A stretch of DNA of 64,000 bases from an uncultured Trueperaceae bacterium (GCA_963815215.1 CAWFFU010000003.1:832001-896000); one strand, 5' to 3'. Shown: positions 1 to 9,634, counted from the stretch's first letter. The notes: generated by a model from the letters alone, not told the origin. Numbers and translations are program-made.

Positions 1-2
1 AC

Positions 3-587
3 ACCGCACACGACGGCTTCCAGGCAGTCGACATCAAGACCAAGGCGTCGATGCGGGCCTCGGTGACCTCGGAGCTCTACCTCGACGACGTGGTGGTCCC
101 GGCCGCCGACAGGCTCGAAGTGACGGGCCTCAAAGGCGCGTTGAGCTGCCTCAACCAGGCCCGCTTCGGGATCGCCTATGGCGTGCTCGGCGCCGCACAG
201 GCCTGTTTCGACGAGGTCACGGCGTACGTTGCCGACCGCCCCAGCTTCGGCGAGCCGTTGGCCGCCAAGCAGATCGTTCAGGAGCGTCTCGCCGATATGC
301 TGGCGGACATCACCAAAGGGAGTCTGCTGGCGTACCAGCTGGGTCGCCTCAAGGAGAAGGGGGGCGACCGTCCGTCGCGCGTCTCGCTCGCCAAGCGCGA
401 CAACGTCCGCGCCGCGCTTGCGGTGGCGCGTGCGGCACGTGACCTGCTGGGCGGCAACGGGATCACCACCGAATACGCCAGCATCCGGCACATGCTCAAC
501 CTGGAGACGGTCGCGACCTACGAGGGCACCGACACCGTGCACACGCTGGTTCTTGGGCGGGAGATCACCGGCACGAACGCATTCTGA
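3..587 (+). CDS. Acyl-CoA dehydrogenase (glutaryl-CoA dehydrogenase-like), 5'-truncated by window edge
   Basis: Open frame from base 3. C-terminal ACAD motifs: LNQARFGIA, FGEPLAAKQIVQ, AKRDN, LLGGNGI, TYEGT..H.LVLGR. Confidence 0.88.
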   Translation, partial: TAHDGFQAVDIKTKASMRASVTSELYLDDVVVPAADRLEVTGLKGALSCLNQARFGIAYGVLGAAQACFDEVTAYVADRPSFGEPLAAKQIVQERLADMLADITKGSLLAYQLGRLKEKGGDRPSRVSLAKRDNVRAALAVARAARDLLGGNGITTEYASIRHMLNLETVATYEGTDTVHTLVLGREITGTNAF

Positions 588-620
588 GGCGCGCCGGCGG
601 AGTCCCTGCCGGAGCGCCGC

Positions 621-938
621 TCAGCGCAGCACGACGACTGCGAGCGCCAGCAGGGCGACCATGGCGAGCGCCCGCACGGCGTGGAAGCGCCACACCACCC
701 GGCCGAGCACCAGGCGCGCGTTGAGGTAGGACGCGAGCCAGCTGAGCCCGAGCCCGACGGCGAGGATCCAGGACGCGAAGTGCAGGCCGTAGCCCAGGGC
801 CACCGCCGCTACCACCAGGACCACGGCGCTCAGCAGGAACAGACGGGACACCCGCGGCTTGCGACGACTCACCGCCCACGCCCCGAAGGCGTTGACGGCC
901 ACCACGCCCAGCACCACCACCATGAGCACGACCGGCAC
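621..938 (-). CDS. Small hypothetical integral membrane protein (about 4 TM)
   Basis: 105 aa, almost entirely hydrophobic segments. TAGACT lies 5 nt upstream of the GTG (leaderless-type promoter). Confidence 0.7.
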   Translation of the reverse strand: MPVVLMVVVLGVVAVNAFGAWAVSRRKPRVSRLFLLSAVVLVVAAVALGYGLHFASWILAVGLGLSWLASYLNARLVLGRVVWRFHAVRALAMVALLALAVVVLR

Positions 939-941
939 GGA

Positions 942-1832
942 TCAGTCTACCGGCGTCACCAACAGGCTGTCGACGGGGTCGGCGCTGCCCAGGACATCCT
1001 GCAGGTAGCGCACCTCGAGCGGCTTGCGCAGCAGCGCGCGCAGGCGGTCGGCCAGCCAGGCATCGGCGCCCGAGCCGCGATCGGCCAGGAACCGGATCTG
1101 GCTCACGCCGCCCCGGCGATCGAACAGCCTGGCCGCCCCCAGCACCTCCGCGTCGGTCGGTGCGAGCGCCTCGTCGAGCCGCGACGCCTCCTCCAACAGC
1201 TTTCCCGGATCGAATCTGTGCTGCGCCACGACATGGTCCCCCTCGTCTGCCACCCACCCGGCCAGCGCGTCGGTCAGGATCCAGGGCTGGCCGACCAGCC
1301 CGACGGTCCGCCGCTCACCGGGGAGGAGCGTCCAGCGGGGCGCCGTCAGCCGGGGCGGTCTGGCCTCCGCGCGGCGCCGCGCCCAGATGCGGCGCACGGC
1401 ATGGGCATCGTGCAGCAGGTTCTGCAGGGCGGTGACTACGGTCCCCTCGATGCCGGGCCCGAGCGAAGCCGGCACCGGCACCAGCGGCGGCAGGCCGGCC
1501 ACGGCCGCGCGCAGGGCATCGGGGAAGTCCGCGATCCACGGGTCCGCGCCGCCGCCGCGGGCGAGCCGACCGGCGGCGGCCTCGTCGCCTCCGCCGGCGC
1601 GGGCGTGGAGGTCGGGCACCAGTAGCACGTCGGCGTCGCCCAGCGCCACGGCCTGCGCCGCCGCCAGCCGGAAAGCGATCGGCTCGATCGCCGCCACGCG
1701 GGCGTCGGTCAGCGCTTCTCGCACTCCGTCGGCATCGGCGACCCGGCCGTCGGCACCGGCATCGCGCACCAGGTGCATCCACAGCGCGCCGTAGCGCGAC
1801 CAGAGCAATTGAGTAACGAAACCTACCTGCAC
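942..1832 (-). CDS. Hypothetical protein, distant resemblance to DUF2229 / acyl-CoA dehydratase activase-related proteins
   Basis: GTG start 8 nt after TAGACT. Segments GFVTQLLWSRYGALW, DPWIADFPDALR, VGLVGQPWIL, GSGADAW. Confidence 0.6.
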   Translation of the reverse strand: MQVGFVTQLLWSRYGALWMHLVRDAGADGRVADADGVREALTDARVAAIEPIAFRLAAAQAVALGDADVLLVPDLHARAGGGDEAAAGRLARGGGADPWIADFPDALRAAVAGLPPLVPVPASLGPGIEGTVVTALQNLLHDAHAVRRIWARRRAEARPPRLTAPRWTLLPGERRTVGLVGQPWILTDALAGWVADEGDHVVAQHRFDPGKLLEEASRLDEALAPTDAEVLGAARLFDRRGGVSQIRFLADRGSGADAWLADRLRALLRKPLEVRYLQDVLGSADPVDSLLVTPVD

Positions 1833-1905
1833 GGCTGCGAAGTCTAGCACGCGCCGCGGCGTCCGGGAGGCGGCCGGCGGCCAGCCCCTCGATGGAGCCG
1901 GGCGC

Positions 1906-4194
1906 TCATGCCCGGACCGTCGTCGTCGCCGCCATCTCGAGGCGCAGCAGCAGGGCGTCGGCCAGCTTCCGCGCCGCCCGCTTGTCGAGGAACTGGTTGC
2001 CGTTCCCGCACTTCGGGGACAACACGCAACGAGGGCACCCACTCTCGCACGGGCAATCCCGGAGCAGGTCGCGGGCGGCGGTGAGCCACGTCCTGAACTG
2101 CGTGGCGCCGGCCCGGGCGTAGCCCACGCCGCCCGGATAGCCGTCGTAGATGAAGACGGTGCTCTCCCCGGTGGGCGGATAGCTCGGGTACGACACCCCG
2201 CCGACATCGGCGCGCTCGCACAGCACGAACGCCGGCAGCAGGCCGATGAGGGTGTGCTCGAGCGCGTGAAGCGCGCCCGGAAGCTCGTCGGCGCGTACGG
2301 CGTCCTCGACCTCCCGCGCGCTGAACCACAGCGCCTGGGTGGGATAGCTCAGCTCCGGCAGGTCGAGCGCGCGCTCGTCGAGGACCTGCCCGGACAGGTA
2401 GCGCTTGCGCACGAAGCTCGTGATCGCCGTGCTCACGCGCACGCGCCCCACCTGCACGCCGGCCGGGAGCGGGGTGCGCTCGGCCCCGCGCACGGAGGCC
2501 GGCAGGACCTCGATGTCAGTCTCGGAGCGGGGCTGCGTGTAGAAGTCCTCGATGTGCGGCAGGAGCTCCGCCAGCCCCCGGTCCAGGTCGAGCCGCACGA
2601 CCAGGTAGGGCTCGCCCTGGTGAAGGTAGACGGCGCCGGGGTGGAGCTCGCGCAGGGCGGTCGCCAGGTCGGCCGTGCCCAGCGAGCGCCCACCGGCGTC
2701 CTTGAGGCGGATCATGCGGTCGCCGCCGCCCCGGATTCGGACCCGACGGTGCGGATAGCGCCCCAGGTGCGTCCAGCCGCCCTCGATGCGGTGCAGCCCA
2801 GGCACGCCCCCCAGCGCCAGCGACGGGTCGACCACTCCGCGTTCGTCGTCGCGCAGCACCCGTTCGGCCGCCGCGCAGGCCACATGCAACGGGTGGAGCT
2901 CGCTGTTGAACGGATCGGCCACGGCGTCCTCGACGCGCCCTTCGGTGAGTAGCTCGGGATGGTGGAGGTAGTACTCATCGAGCGGATCGTTCCCCGGGAT
3001 CAGGAGCGTCAGGGCACGGCGTCCCTCGCGCCCGGCACGGCCGGAGCGCTGCCACAGCGCCATCTTGGAGCCCGGGTAGCCCACCAGCACGACCGCGTCC
3101 ACACCGCCGATGTCCATGCCGAGCTCGAGGGCGCTGGTGGCCGTCAGGACCCGGATGTCACCGCTCTTGAAGCCCTGCTCGATCAACCGCCGGTCCTCGG
3201 TGCTGTAGCCGGCCCGGTAGCTCTGCAGCAGGGGCACCTCCTCACCACGGAGGTGCCCGCTGGCGTAGCGGCGCAGGAGCTCCGCCACCTTGCGCGAGTT
3301 GCAGAAGAAGATGCTCTTGACGTCGCGGCGCACGAAGGCTGCGGCCAGCTCGGCCGCTTCGGTAGTCGCGCTGCGCCGCCGCGTGGCGGCGCCGGGCCCG
3401 CCGACCTGGGTCGGACGCCACAGGATGAACTCGCGGGCGCCGCGCGGGGCGTCGTCCTCCTCCACCAGCACGAAGGGCTCGCCGCTCAACGCCTCGGCGT
3501 GCTCGAGCGGGTTGCCGATGGTGGCGCTGGCGGCCACCAGGCGCGGCTCGGCCCCGTAGTGCCGGGCGATCCTCAACAGGCGCCGGACGATATTGGCGAC
3601 GTGGGTGCCGAGCACCCCTCGATAGCTGTGCAGCTCGTCCAGCACGATCGTGTCGAGCGCCGCCAGGAAGCGCGCCCAGCGTGCATGGTAAGGCAGCATC
3701 CCGTAGTGCAGCATGTCGGGATTGGTCAGCGCGCAGCGCGCTTCCTCGCGCACCGCGGCGCGCAGCGACGACGGCGTGTCGCCGTCGTAACTGGCGATGG
3801 CACCCTCTCCCAGCTCGAGCCCGAGCCGCCCGGCCATGGTCCGCAGTCGACCGAGCTGGTCGTGCGCGAGGGCCTTCGTCGGGTACAGGTAGAGGCTGGT
3901 CCCGCCCTCCGCGGCCGCGTCCAGCGTCGGGAGCTGGTACACCAGCGATTTCCCCGACGCCGTGGGCGTCGCCACCACCACGTTGCGCCGCGCCTCGACC
4001 AGAGCCAGCGCGCGCGCCTGGTGGCCGTAGGCCGCCAACCCGAGCGCGGCCAGCCGGCCTTGGTAGCGACCGGCGTAGCCTTCGTCGGTATGCCCGGTGC
4101 GCGGCGGGAAGAAGGCGTACGAGGCGACCTGATCCTGGTAGCCCTCGAGCCCCGTCAGCAGGGCATGGAAGCTCTCGTCACGGTGCCTCGCCAC
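1906..4194 (-). CDS. DEAD/DEAH-box helicase with C-terminal DUF1998 zinc domain (MrfA/Hrq1/SftH-like)
   Basis: PTASGKS, LYPTKALAHDQ, LDELHSYRG, SATIGNP, TSALELGMDIG, QRSGRAGR, C-terminal CPCESGCPRC. Confidence 0.92.
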   Translation of the reverse strand: MARHRDESFHALLTGLEGYQDQVASYAFFPPRTGHTDEGYAGRYQGRLAALGLAAYGHQARALALVEARRNVVVATPTASGKSLVYQLPTLDAAAEGGTSLYLYPTKALAHDQLGRLRTMAGRLGLELGEGAIASYDGDTPSSLRAAVREEARCALTNPDMLHYGMLPYHARWARFLAALDTIVLDELHSYRGVLGTHVANIVRRLLRIARHYGAEPRLVAASATIGNPLEHAEALSGEPFVLVEEDDAPRGAREFILWRPTQVGGPGAATRRRSATTEAAELAAAFVRRDVKSIFFCNSRKVAELLRRYASGHLRGEEVPLLQSYRAGYSTEDRRLIEQGFKSGDIRVLTATSALELGMDIGGVDAVVLVGYPGSKMALWQRSGRAGREGRRALTLLIPGNDPLDEYYLHHPELLTEGRVEDAVADPFNSELHPLHVACAAAERVLRDDERGVVDPSLALGGVPGLHRIEGGWTHLGRYPHRRVRIRGGGDRMIRLKDAGGRSLGTADLATALRELHPGAVYLHQGEPYLVVRLDLDRGLAELLPHIEDFYTQPRSETDIEVLPASVRGAERTPLPAGVQVGRVRVSTAITSFVRKRYLSGQVLDERALDLPELSYPTQALWFSAREVEDAVRADELPGALHALEHTLIGLLPAFVLCERADVGGVSYPSYPPTGESTVFIYDGYPGGVGYARAGATQFRTWLTAARDLLRDCPCESGCPRCVLSPKCGNGNQFLDKRAARKLADALLLRLEMAATTTVRA

Positions 4195-4466
4195 GCTCGT
4201 GAGCGTACCGCGGCGCGTGGCGACCGGGAGGACGTGCGGGCACGACGCCGGGCCTGTTCGAGTCGGGGCCGGTGGTACACTCCCAGGGACTCGCAGGCGC
4301 CGCTGGCGGGCACCGCCCGGCGCGATCCATGCCGTCGGCGACCACCGCTTCGTGGCCGGCCCGCGGCCCGCGCTCGTTCGTGGCCCGGGGTCCGACACGG
4401 CGCCTTGCCGGGACGATCCTCGGGCCAGCAACAGCCGAGCGTCCGTCCCTATGTTCGGAGGTACGC

Positions 4467-5681
4467 ATGAAGGTCTTCGTTCTCGGTGGTGACGGCTTCT
4501 GCGGCTGGCCCACCAGCCTACACCTCAGCAAACTCGGACACGACATCACCATCATCGACAACCTCAGCCGCCGCAACATCGACAACGAACTCGAAGCCGG
4601 CAGCCTCACCCCCATCCAACCCATGGGCACACGCCTGAAGGCCTGGCAACAGGTCAGCGGCAACACCATCGACTACGAACGCCTCGACATCGCCGACAAC
4701 TACCACCGGCTCCTCACCCTCATCCAAGACCAACGGCCCGACGCCATCATCCACTTCGCCGAACAACGCGCCGCGCCCTACAGCATGAAAAGCAGCTGGC
4801 ACAAGCGCTACACCGTCAACAACAACCTCAACGCCACCCACAACACCCTCGCCGCCATCGTCGAAGCCAACACCGACACCCACCTCATCCACCTCGGCAC
4901 CATGGGCGTCTACGGCTACGGCACCGCCGGCATGAAGATCCCCGAAGGCTACCTCCCCATCGAAGTCACCACCGACGAAGGCGACAAATCCACCAGGAGA
5001 TCCTCTACCCCCCCAACCCCGGCAGCATCTACCACCTCACCAAGACCCAGGACCAACTCTTCTTCGCCTACTACGCCAAGAACGACGGCCTACGCATCAC
5101 CGACCTCCACCAAGGCATCGTCTGGGGCACCAACACCCCCGACACCCTCCAAGACGAACGCCTCATCAACCGCTTCGACTACGACGGCGACTACGGCACC
5201 GTCCTCAACCGCTTCCTCATGCAAGCCGCCGTCAACTACCCCCTCACCGTCCACGGCACCGGCGGACAGACCCGCGCCTTCATCCACATCCGCGACACCG
5301 TCAGATGCCTCCAACTCGCCCTCGAGAACCCCCCCGACAAAGGCGAACGCGTCAAGATCCTCAACCAGATGACCGAAACCCACCGCGTCCGCGACCTCGC
5401 CCAACTCGTCGCCCAACAAACCGGCGCCACCATCGAGAACGTCCCCAACCCCCGCAAAGAAGACGCCGAGAACGACCTCCACGTCCACAACGACCTCTTC
5501 CTCGACCTCGGCCTCCAACCCACCACCCTCCAACAAGGCCTCCTCGAAGAAGTCACCACCATCGCCAAGAAATACGCGCCAGCGCGCCAACCTCGACAAG
5601 ATCCCCTGCACCAGCACCTGGACCCGCAACCAACACGCCGGAACACCCCACAGCACCAAGAAGACGCCAGAAACGGCGTAA
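4467..5681 (+). CDS. sqdB: UDP-sulfoquinovose synthase, interrupted by two frameshifts in this sequence
   Basis: GGAGG RBS, then MKVFVLGGDGFCGWPTSLHLS, HFAEQRAAPYSMKS, HLGTMGVYGY. After the shift at ~4988: ILYPPNPGSIYHLTK, TDLHQGIVWGT, NRFDYDGDYGTVLNRF, HGTGGQTRAFIHIRD. After the shift at ~5578: RANLDKIPCTSTW, TAA at 5679-5681. Confidence 0.9.
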
Positions 5682-5736
5682 GCCCCGACCACCGGAGGCA
5701 CCCGCCGGACGACCCCCGGCGCCCGCACCCCGCCCC

Positions 5737-6882
5737 ATGCGCATCGCCTTCTTCACGGAAACGTTCCTGCCCAAGATCGACGGGGTGGTCACCCGTCTCG
5801 TGCGCACGCTCGAGCAGCTCGGACAGCTGGGCCACGAGGCGCTGATCTTCGCGCCCCACAACCCTCCCGAGGCGTACGCGGGGCACCGGGTGGTGCGGGT
5901 GCCCGGCGTCCCCTTCAGGCCCTGGTACCCCGAGCTCTTCCTGGGACTGCCCCGACCGCGCCTGGGCCGGGAGCTCGACCGATTCCAGCCCGACATCGTC
6001 CACGTCATCAACCCGGTTGTGCTCGGCCTGTGGGGTACCGCCATCGCCAAGCAGCGCAACCTGCCGCTGCTCGCCAGTTACCACACCGACATCACCCAGT
6101 ACGCCGAGGCGCTGCGACTCCGCTTCCTATCCGAACCGTCGCGCATCTTCCTTCGCGACGTCCACAACCAGGCCCACGTCAACCTGTGCACGAGCGGACC
6201 CATGGTCAACTCGGCGCGCGGCCTGGGCATCCGGCGCGTGCGGCTGTGGCCCAAGGCGGTCGACACCGAGCTGTACCACCCGGGCAAGCGTTCCCACGCC
6301 ATGCGGGTTCGCCTCACCGACGGACACCCGGACGAACCGCTGATGGTCTACGTTGGCAGGCTGTCGTTCGAGAAGCGGCTCGACTGGCTGTACGCGCCGG
6401 TCACCCAACTCCCCAACGTGAGACTGGCTCTGGTCGGCTCGGGGCCGGCCGAGTCGGTCCTGCGCGAGCGTTTCAAGGGCACGCGCACGGTGTTCACCGG
6501 CTACATGTCGGGCACGGAGCTGGCGGCGGCGTACGCGACGGCCGACGTCTTCGCGTTCCCGTCGGACACGGAGACGCTCGGATTCGTCGCGATGGAGGCG
6601 ATGGCGTCCGGGGTGCCACCCGTGGGAGCCCGCGCCGGAGGCATCCCCGACGTGATCCGCGACGGGGATACCGGCCTGATGTTCACGCCCGGCGACCTAG
6701 GGGACCTCACCGAGAAGCTCGCCGTGCTGCTGACCGATCCCGCGCTGCGCGATCGCCTCGGTGCCGCAGCCCGCCGGGACATGGAGCGCTACGGCTGGCG
6801 GTCGGCCACCGAAGGCCTGGTTGACTTCTACCGGCTCGCAGTGCGGGTGCGCGACCGGTTCGACCCGCCCAGCGCCGCCTGA
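5737..6882 (+). CDS. sqdX: GT4 glycosyltransferase, SqdX-type sulfoquinovosyl transferase (sulfolipid synthase)
   Basis: MRIAFFTETFLPKIDGVVTRL, PDIVHVINP, ASYHT, HNQAHVNLCTS, YVGRLSFEK, FPSDTETLG..EAMASG. Lies directly after sqdB. Confidence 0.82.
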   Translation: MRIAFFTETFLPKIDGVVTRLVRTLEQLGQLGHEALIFAPHNPPEAYAGHRVVRVPGVPFRPWYPELFLGLPRPRLGRELDRFQPDIVHVINPVVLGLWGTAIAKQRNLPLLASYHTDITQYAEALRLRFLSEPSRIFLRDVHNQAHVNLCTSGPMVNSARGLGIRRVRLWPKAVDTELYHPGKRSHAMRVRLTDGHPDEPLMVYVGRLSFEKRLDWLYAPVTQLPNVRLALVGSGPAESVLRERFKGTRTVFTGYMSGTELAAAYATADVFAFPSDTETLGFVAMEAMASGVPPVGARAGGIPDVIRDGDTGLMFTPGDLGDLTEKLAVLLTDPALRDRLGAAARRDMERYGWRSATEGLVDFYRLAVRVRDRFDPPSAA

Positions 6883-6912
6883 ACCGGCACGCCGGTCCCG
6901 CGTCGCCTCCGA

Positions 6913-7704
6913 TCACGGGTCGGCCGCGCGCGCACCGTCCGGCAGGTGGGGCACCACCAGCGGGCGTGCCCCGATCGTGTGAACGTCGACACGGGTCCCG
7001 TAGACCCGGGACACGAGCGCCTCGGTGAGGACCTGCGAGGGGGTTCCCTGGGCCACGACGTGCCCCGCCTGCAGCACGACCAGACGGTCGCAGAAGCGGC
7101 TCGCAAGGTTGAGATCGTGGAGCACGACCAGGGCGCCGACGCCACGATCGACCTCCCGGCGCGTGTACTCGAGCATCTCCACCTGGTAGCGCAGATCGAG
7201 ATGGTTGGTCGGCTCGTCCAACAACAGGAAGCGCGGCCGCTGGGCGAGCGCCCGCGCCAGCACCACGCGCTGGCGTTCGCCGCCGGAGAGCCGCGTAGCG
7301 TCGCGGTCCGCCAGCGCGGCGGTGTCGGTGGCGCGCAGGGCCCGGTCGACGGCCCTCCGGTCCTCCGCGCGCTCCGGCCGCAGCAGCCCCAGGTGGGGCG
7401 TGCGCCCCATCGCCACCAGCTCGCGCACGCTGAAGCCGGCCGGGAGCTCCGGAAGTTGTGGGACCACAGCCAAGGATCGCGCCAGCTCCAGCCGCCCGAT
7501 CCGCGCGAGCGACCGGCCGTCGATCGTGACACTACCGGACCGCGGCGCCAACCGGCGTGTGAGCACGCGGACCAGCGTCGACTTGCCCGCTCCGTTCGGC
7601 CCGATGACGCCCAGTACCTCACCGGGCTCCACGCTCAGCTCGCAAGCGGCCAGCACGTCGCCTCTGCCGTACCCGGCGTAGAGCTCGCGGACCTCGATGC
7701 TCAC
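6913..7704 (-). CDS. Cobalamin/iron-chelate ABC transporter ATP-binding subunit (BtuD/FecE-like)
   Basis: GPNGAGKST, LSGGERQRVVLARALAQ, LLDEPTNHLD, VLHDLNLA. Confidence 0.92.
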   Translation of the reverse strand: MSIEVRELYAGYGRGDVLAACELSVEPGEVLGVIGPNGAGKSTLVRVLTRRLAPRSGSVTIDGRSLARIGRLELARSLAVVPQLPELPAGFSVRELVAMGRTPHLGLLRPERAEDRRAVDRALRATDTAALADRDATRLSGGERQRVVLARALAQRPRFLLLDEPTNHLDLRYQVEMLEYTRREVDRGVGALVVLHDLNLASRFCDRLVVLQAGHVVAQGTPSQVLTEALVSRVYGTRVDVHTIGARPLVVPHLPDGARAADP

Positions 7705-7711
7705 GGGAACC

Positions 7712-8749
7712 TCATCGGCTGCGCTGCCTTCGAAGCAGCAGCAGGAAGAAAGGGCCCCCCACCAAGGCCGTGACGATGCCGACGGGAAGCTCGGCGGGGG
7801 CCAGCACCGTACGCGCGAACAGGTCGGCGAGGACCAGGAACACCGCACCCCACAACGCCGACAGGGGTAGCAGGCGCACGTGGCGAGCCCCGAAGGCCAG
7901 TCGCACGGCGTGGGGGACCACCAGGCCCACGAAGCCGATCACGCCGGCCACGGCGACCGCTGCGGCCGTCGCCAGGGTGGCGGCGGTCAGCAGCGCCAGC
8001 CGGACCCGTTCGACCGGCACCCCGAGCTGGGCCGCGGACTCCTCGCCGAGTTGCATCACGTCGAGGGCACGGCCGGCGAGCAGGAGTGGAACGGTGGCCA
8101 CAACGAGCAGAGGCAGAACGCTCAGGACACGGTCCCAACTCGCGAAGGCGAAGCTGCCGAGCAGCCAGCTCAGGATCCCCGCGGCGCGATCCCGCGCGGC
8201 CAGCATCAGGAAGGAGGTGCCGGCGCTGAGGATCGAGCCGAGTACCACGCCCGCCAGGATGAGCGACACGGCGGGGAGCCCGCCGTCCCGGCGAGCCAGT
8301 ACCATCACCAGCACCACCGTCGCCAGGGCGCAGGCGAAGGCCGCGCCCGGCACACCCAGCCGCGTCAGCCAGGGTACGCTGCCCGCCAGCACCAACACGG
8401 CGCTCGCCCCGAACCCCGCCCCGCTGGCGGCCCCCAGCAGGTAGGGATCGGCCAGCGGATTGCGGAACACGCCTTGGAACGTCGCCCCGGCGAGCGCCAG
8501 AGCCGATCCCACCAGGGCGGCGAGCAGCACGCGCGGCAACCGGAGCTGCCACACGATCGTCTCCGTGGGGCCGTGCGCATGGCCCTGAACTCCGGCGACC
8601 ACCGCCGTCACCAGGGCGAGCGGCCGGATGGCGACGCTGCCGACCGACGTCGCCGCCACCAGGACGACGACCAGGGCGATCAGCGAGAGCACGACGGGCG
8701 CCATCCCCCTCCGTCGCGACTCCGCTTGGAACGACAGGACGCGCGCCAC
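7712..8749 (-). CDS. Cobalamin ABC transporter permease (BtuC/FecCD family)
   Basis: IVWQLRLPRV, QGVFRNPLADPYLLG, GVIGFVGLVVPH, ELPVGIVTALVGGPFF. Confidence 0.92.
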   Translation of the reverse strand: MARVLSFQAESRRRGMAPVVLSLIALVVVLVAATSVGSVAIRPLALVTAVVAGVQGHAHGPTETIVWQLRLPRVLLAALVGSALALAGATFQGVFRNPLADPYLLGAASGAGFGASAVLVLAGSVPWLTRLGVPGAAFACALATVVLVMVLARRDGGLPAVSLILAGVVLGSILSAGTSFLMLAARDRAAGILSWLLGSFAFASWDRVLSVLPLLVVATVPLLLAGRALDVMQLGEESAAQLGVPVERVRLALLTAATLATAAAVAVAGVIGFVGLVVPHAVRLAFGARHVRLLPLSALWGAVFLVLADLFARTVLAPAELPVGIVTALVGGPFFLLLLRRQRSR

Positions 8750-8752
8750 GGC

Positions 8753-9634
8753 TCAGAAGCGGCCCGGATGGAGGAGCCTGGCCAGCAGCGACACCGCGTC
8801 TCCCATGCGCGGCCCGGCACGACTGAGGAGGTCGACCTGGCGCAGGTCGAGCGCCACCACACGACCGCTCTTCACGGCGCTGAGCCCCGCCCATCCCGGC
8901 CGCGCCTCGGCAGCGGCGAGCGTCTCCCCGTACGGAGCGTCCATCAGCAACACGACCTGGGGGTCCTGCTGCACTACGAACTCAGGATCGACCTGAGGGT
9001 ACTGCCCCATCGACGGCCGCACGATGGTCCGGCCCCCGGCCTTGGCGAGCAGCGTCCCGAGGTACGAGGTCGGCCCCACGCTGTAAGGCGTGCCGTCGAG
9101 CTCGACGAAGACGCTCACGGTAGGGAGCCCGGCGACCTCGGAGGCGACCGCAGCCACCTGTCCCTCGATATGGCTGCGCACCGCGGCGGCCGCGGCCTGG
9201 CGGTCGAGCAGACGGCCCATCGCTTCCAGGAAGTCCAGCGCCTGAGAGTAGGTTTGCGGCGTCCCGGCGTAGACCGGGATTCCCAGCTTCCGAACCCGTT
9301 CCGCGAGCCCGCTGTACTCGTCGGTGAGGACCAGGTCGGGCTTCAACGCGACCAGCCGTTCCAGGTTCGGGTCATTGGCGTTGCCGAGCCGGGGCAGCGA
9401 TGCGACCGTCGCCGGCCAATCGCTGAGGGCGTCGACCCCGACCAGCCGGTCGCACGCGCCCAGCGCACACACCGTCTCGGTGTCGCTGGGGATCATCGAC
9501 ACGATCCGCTTCGGCGGGCCGGTCAACGTCAGCTTCGCGCCGAGCTGATCCCGGATCGTCAGGGGGTAGGCCGTCGCCAGCGCCGTCTGGAGCGCCAGCA
9601 GCAGGACCACGAGGAACGTCGAGCGCTTGACCAC
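8753..9634 (-). CDS. Cobalamin ABC transporter substrate-binding protein (BtuF-like)
   Basis: GAGGAGG RBS, signal peptide, YPLTIRD..G, PKRIVSMIPSDTETVCALG, ERLVALKPDLVL, RAGPR. Lies downstream of a B12 riboswitch. Confidence 0.88.
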   Translation of the reverse strand: MVKRSTFLVVLLLALQTALATAYPLTIRDQLGAKLTLTGPPKRIVSMIPSDTETVCALGACDRLVGVDALSDWPATVASLPRLGNANDPNLERLVALKPDLVLTDEYSGLAERVRKLGIPVYAGTPQTYSQALDFLEAMGRLLDRQAAAAAVRSHIEGQVAAVASEVAGLPTVSVFVELDGTPYSVGPTSYLGTLLAKAGGRTIVRPSMGQYPQVDPEFVVQQDPQVVLLMDAPYGETLAAAEARPGWAGLSAVKSGRVVALDLRQVDLLSRAGPRMGDAVSLLARLLHPGRF

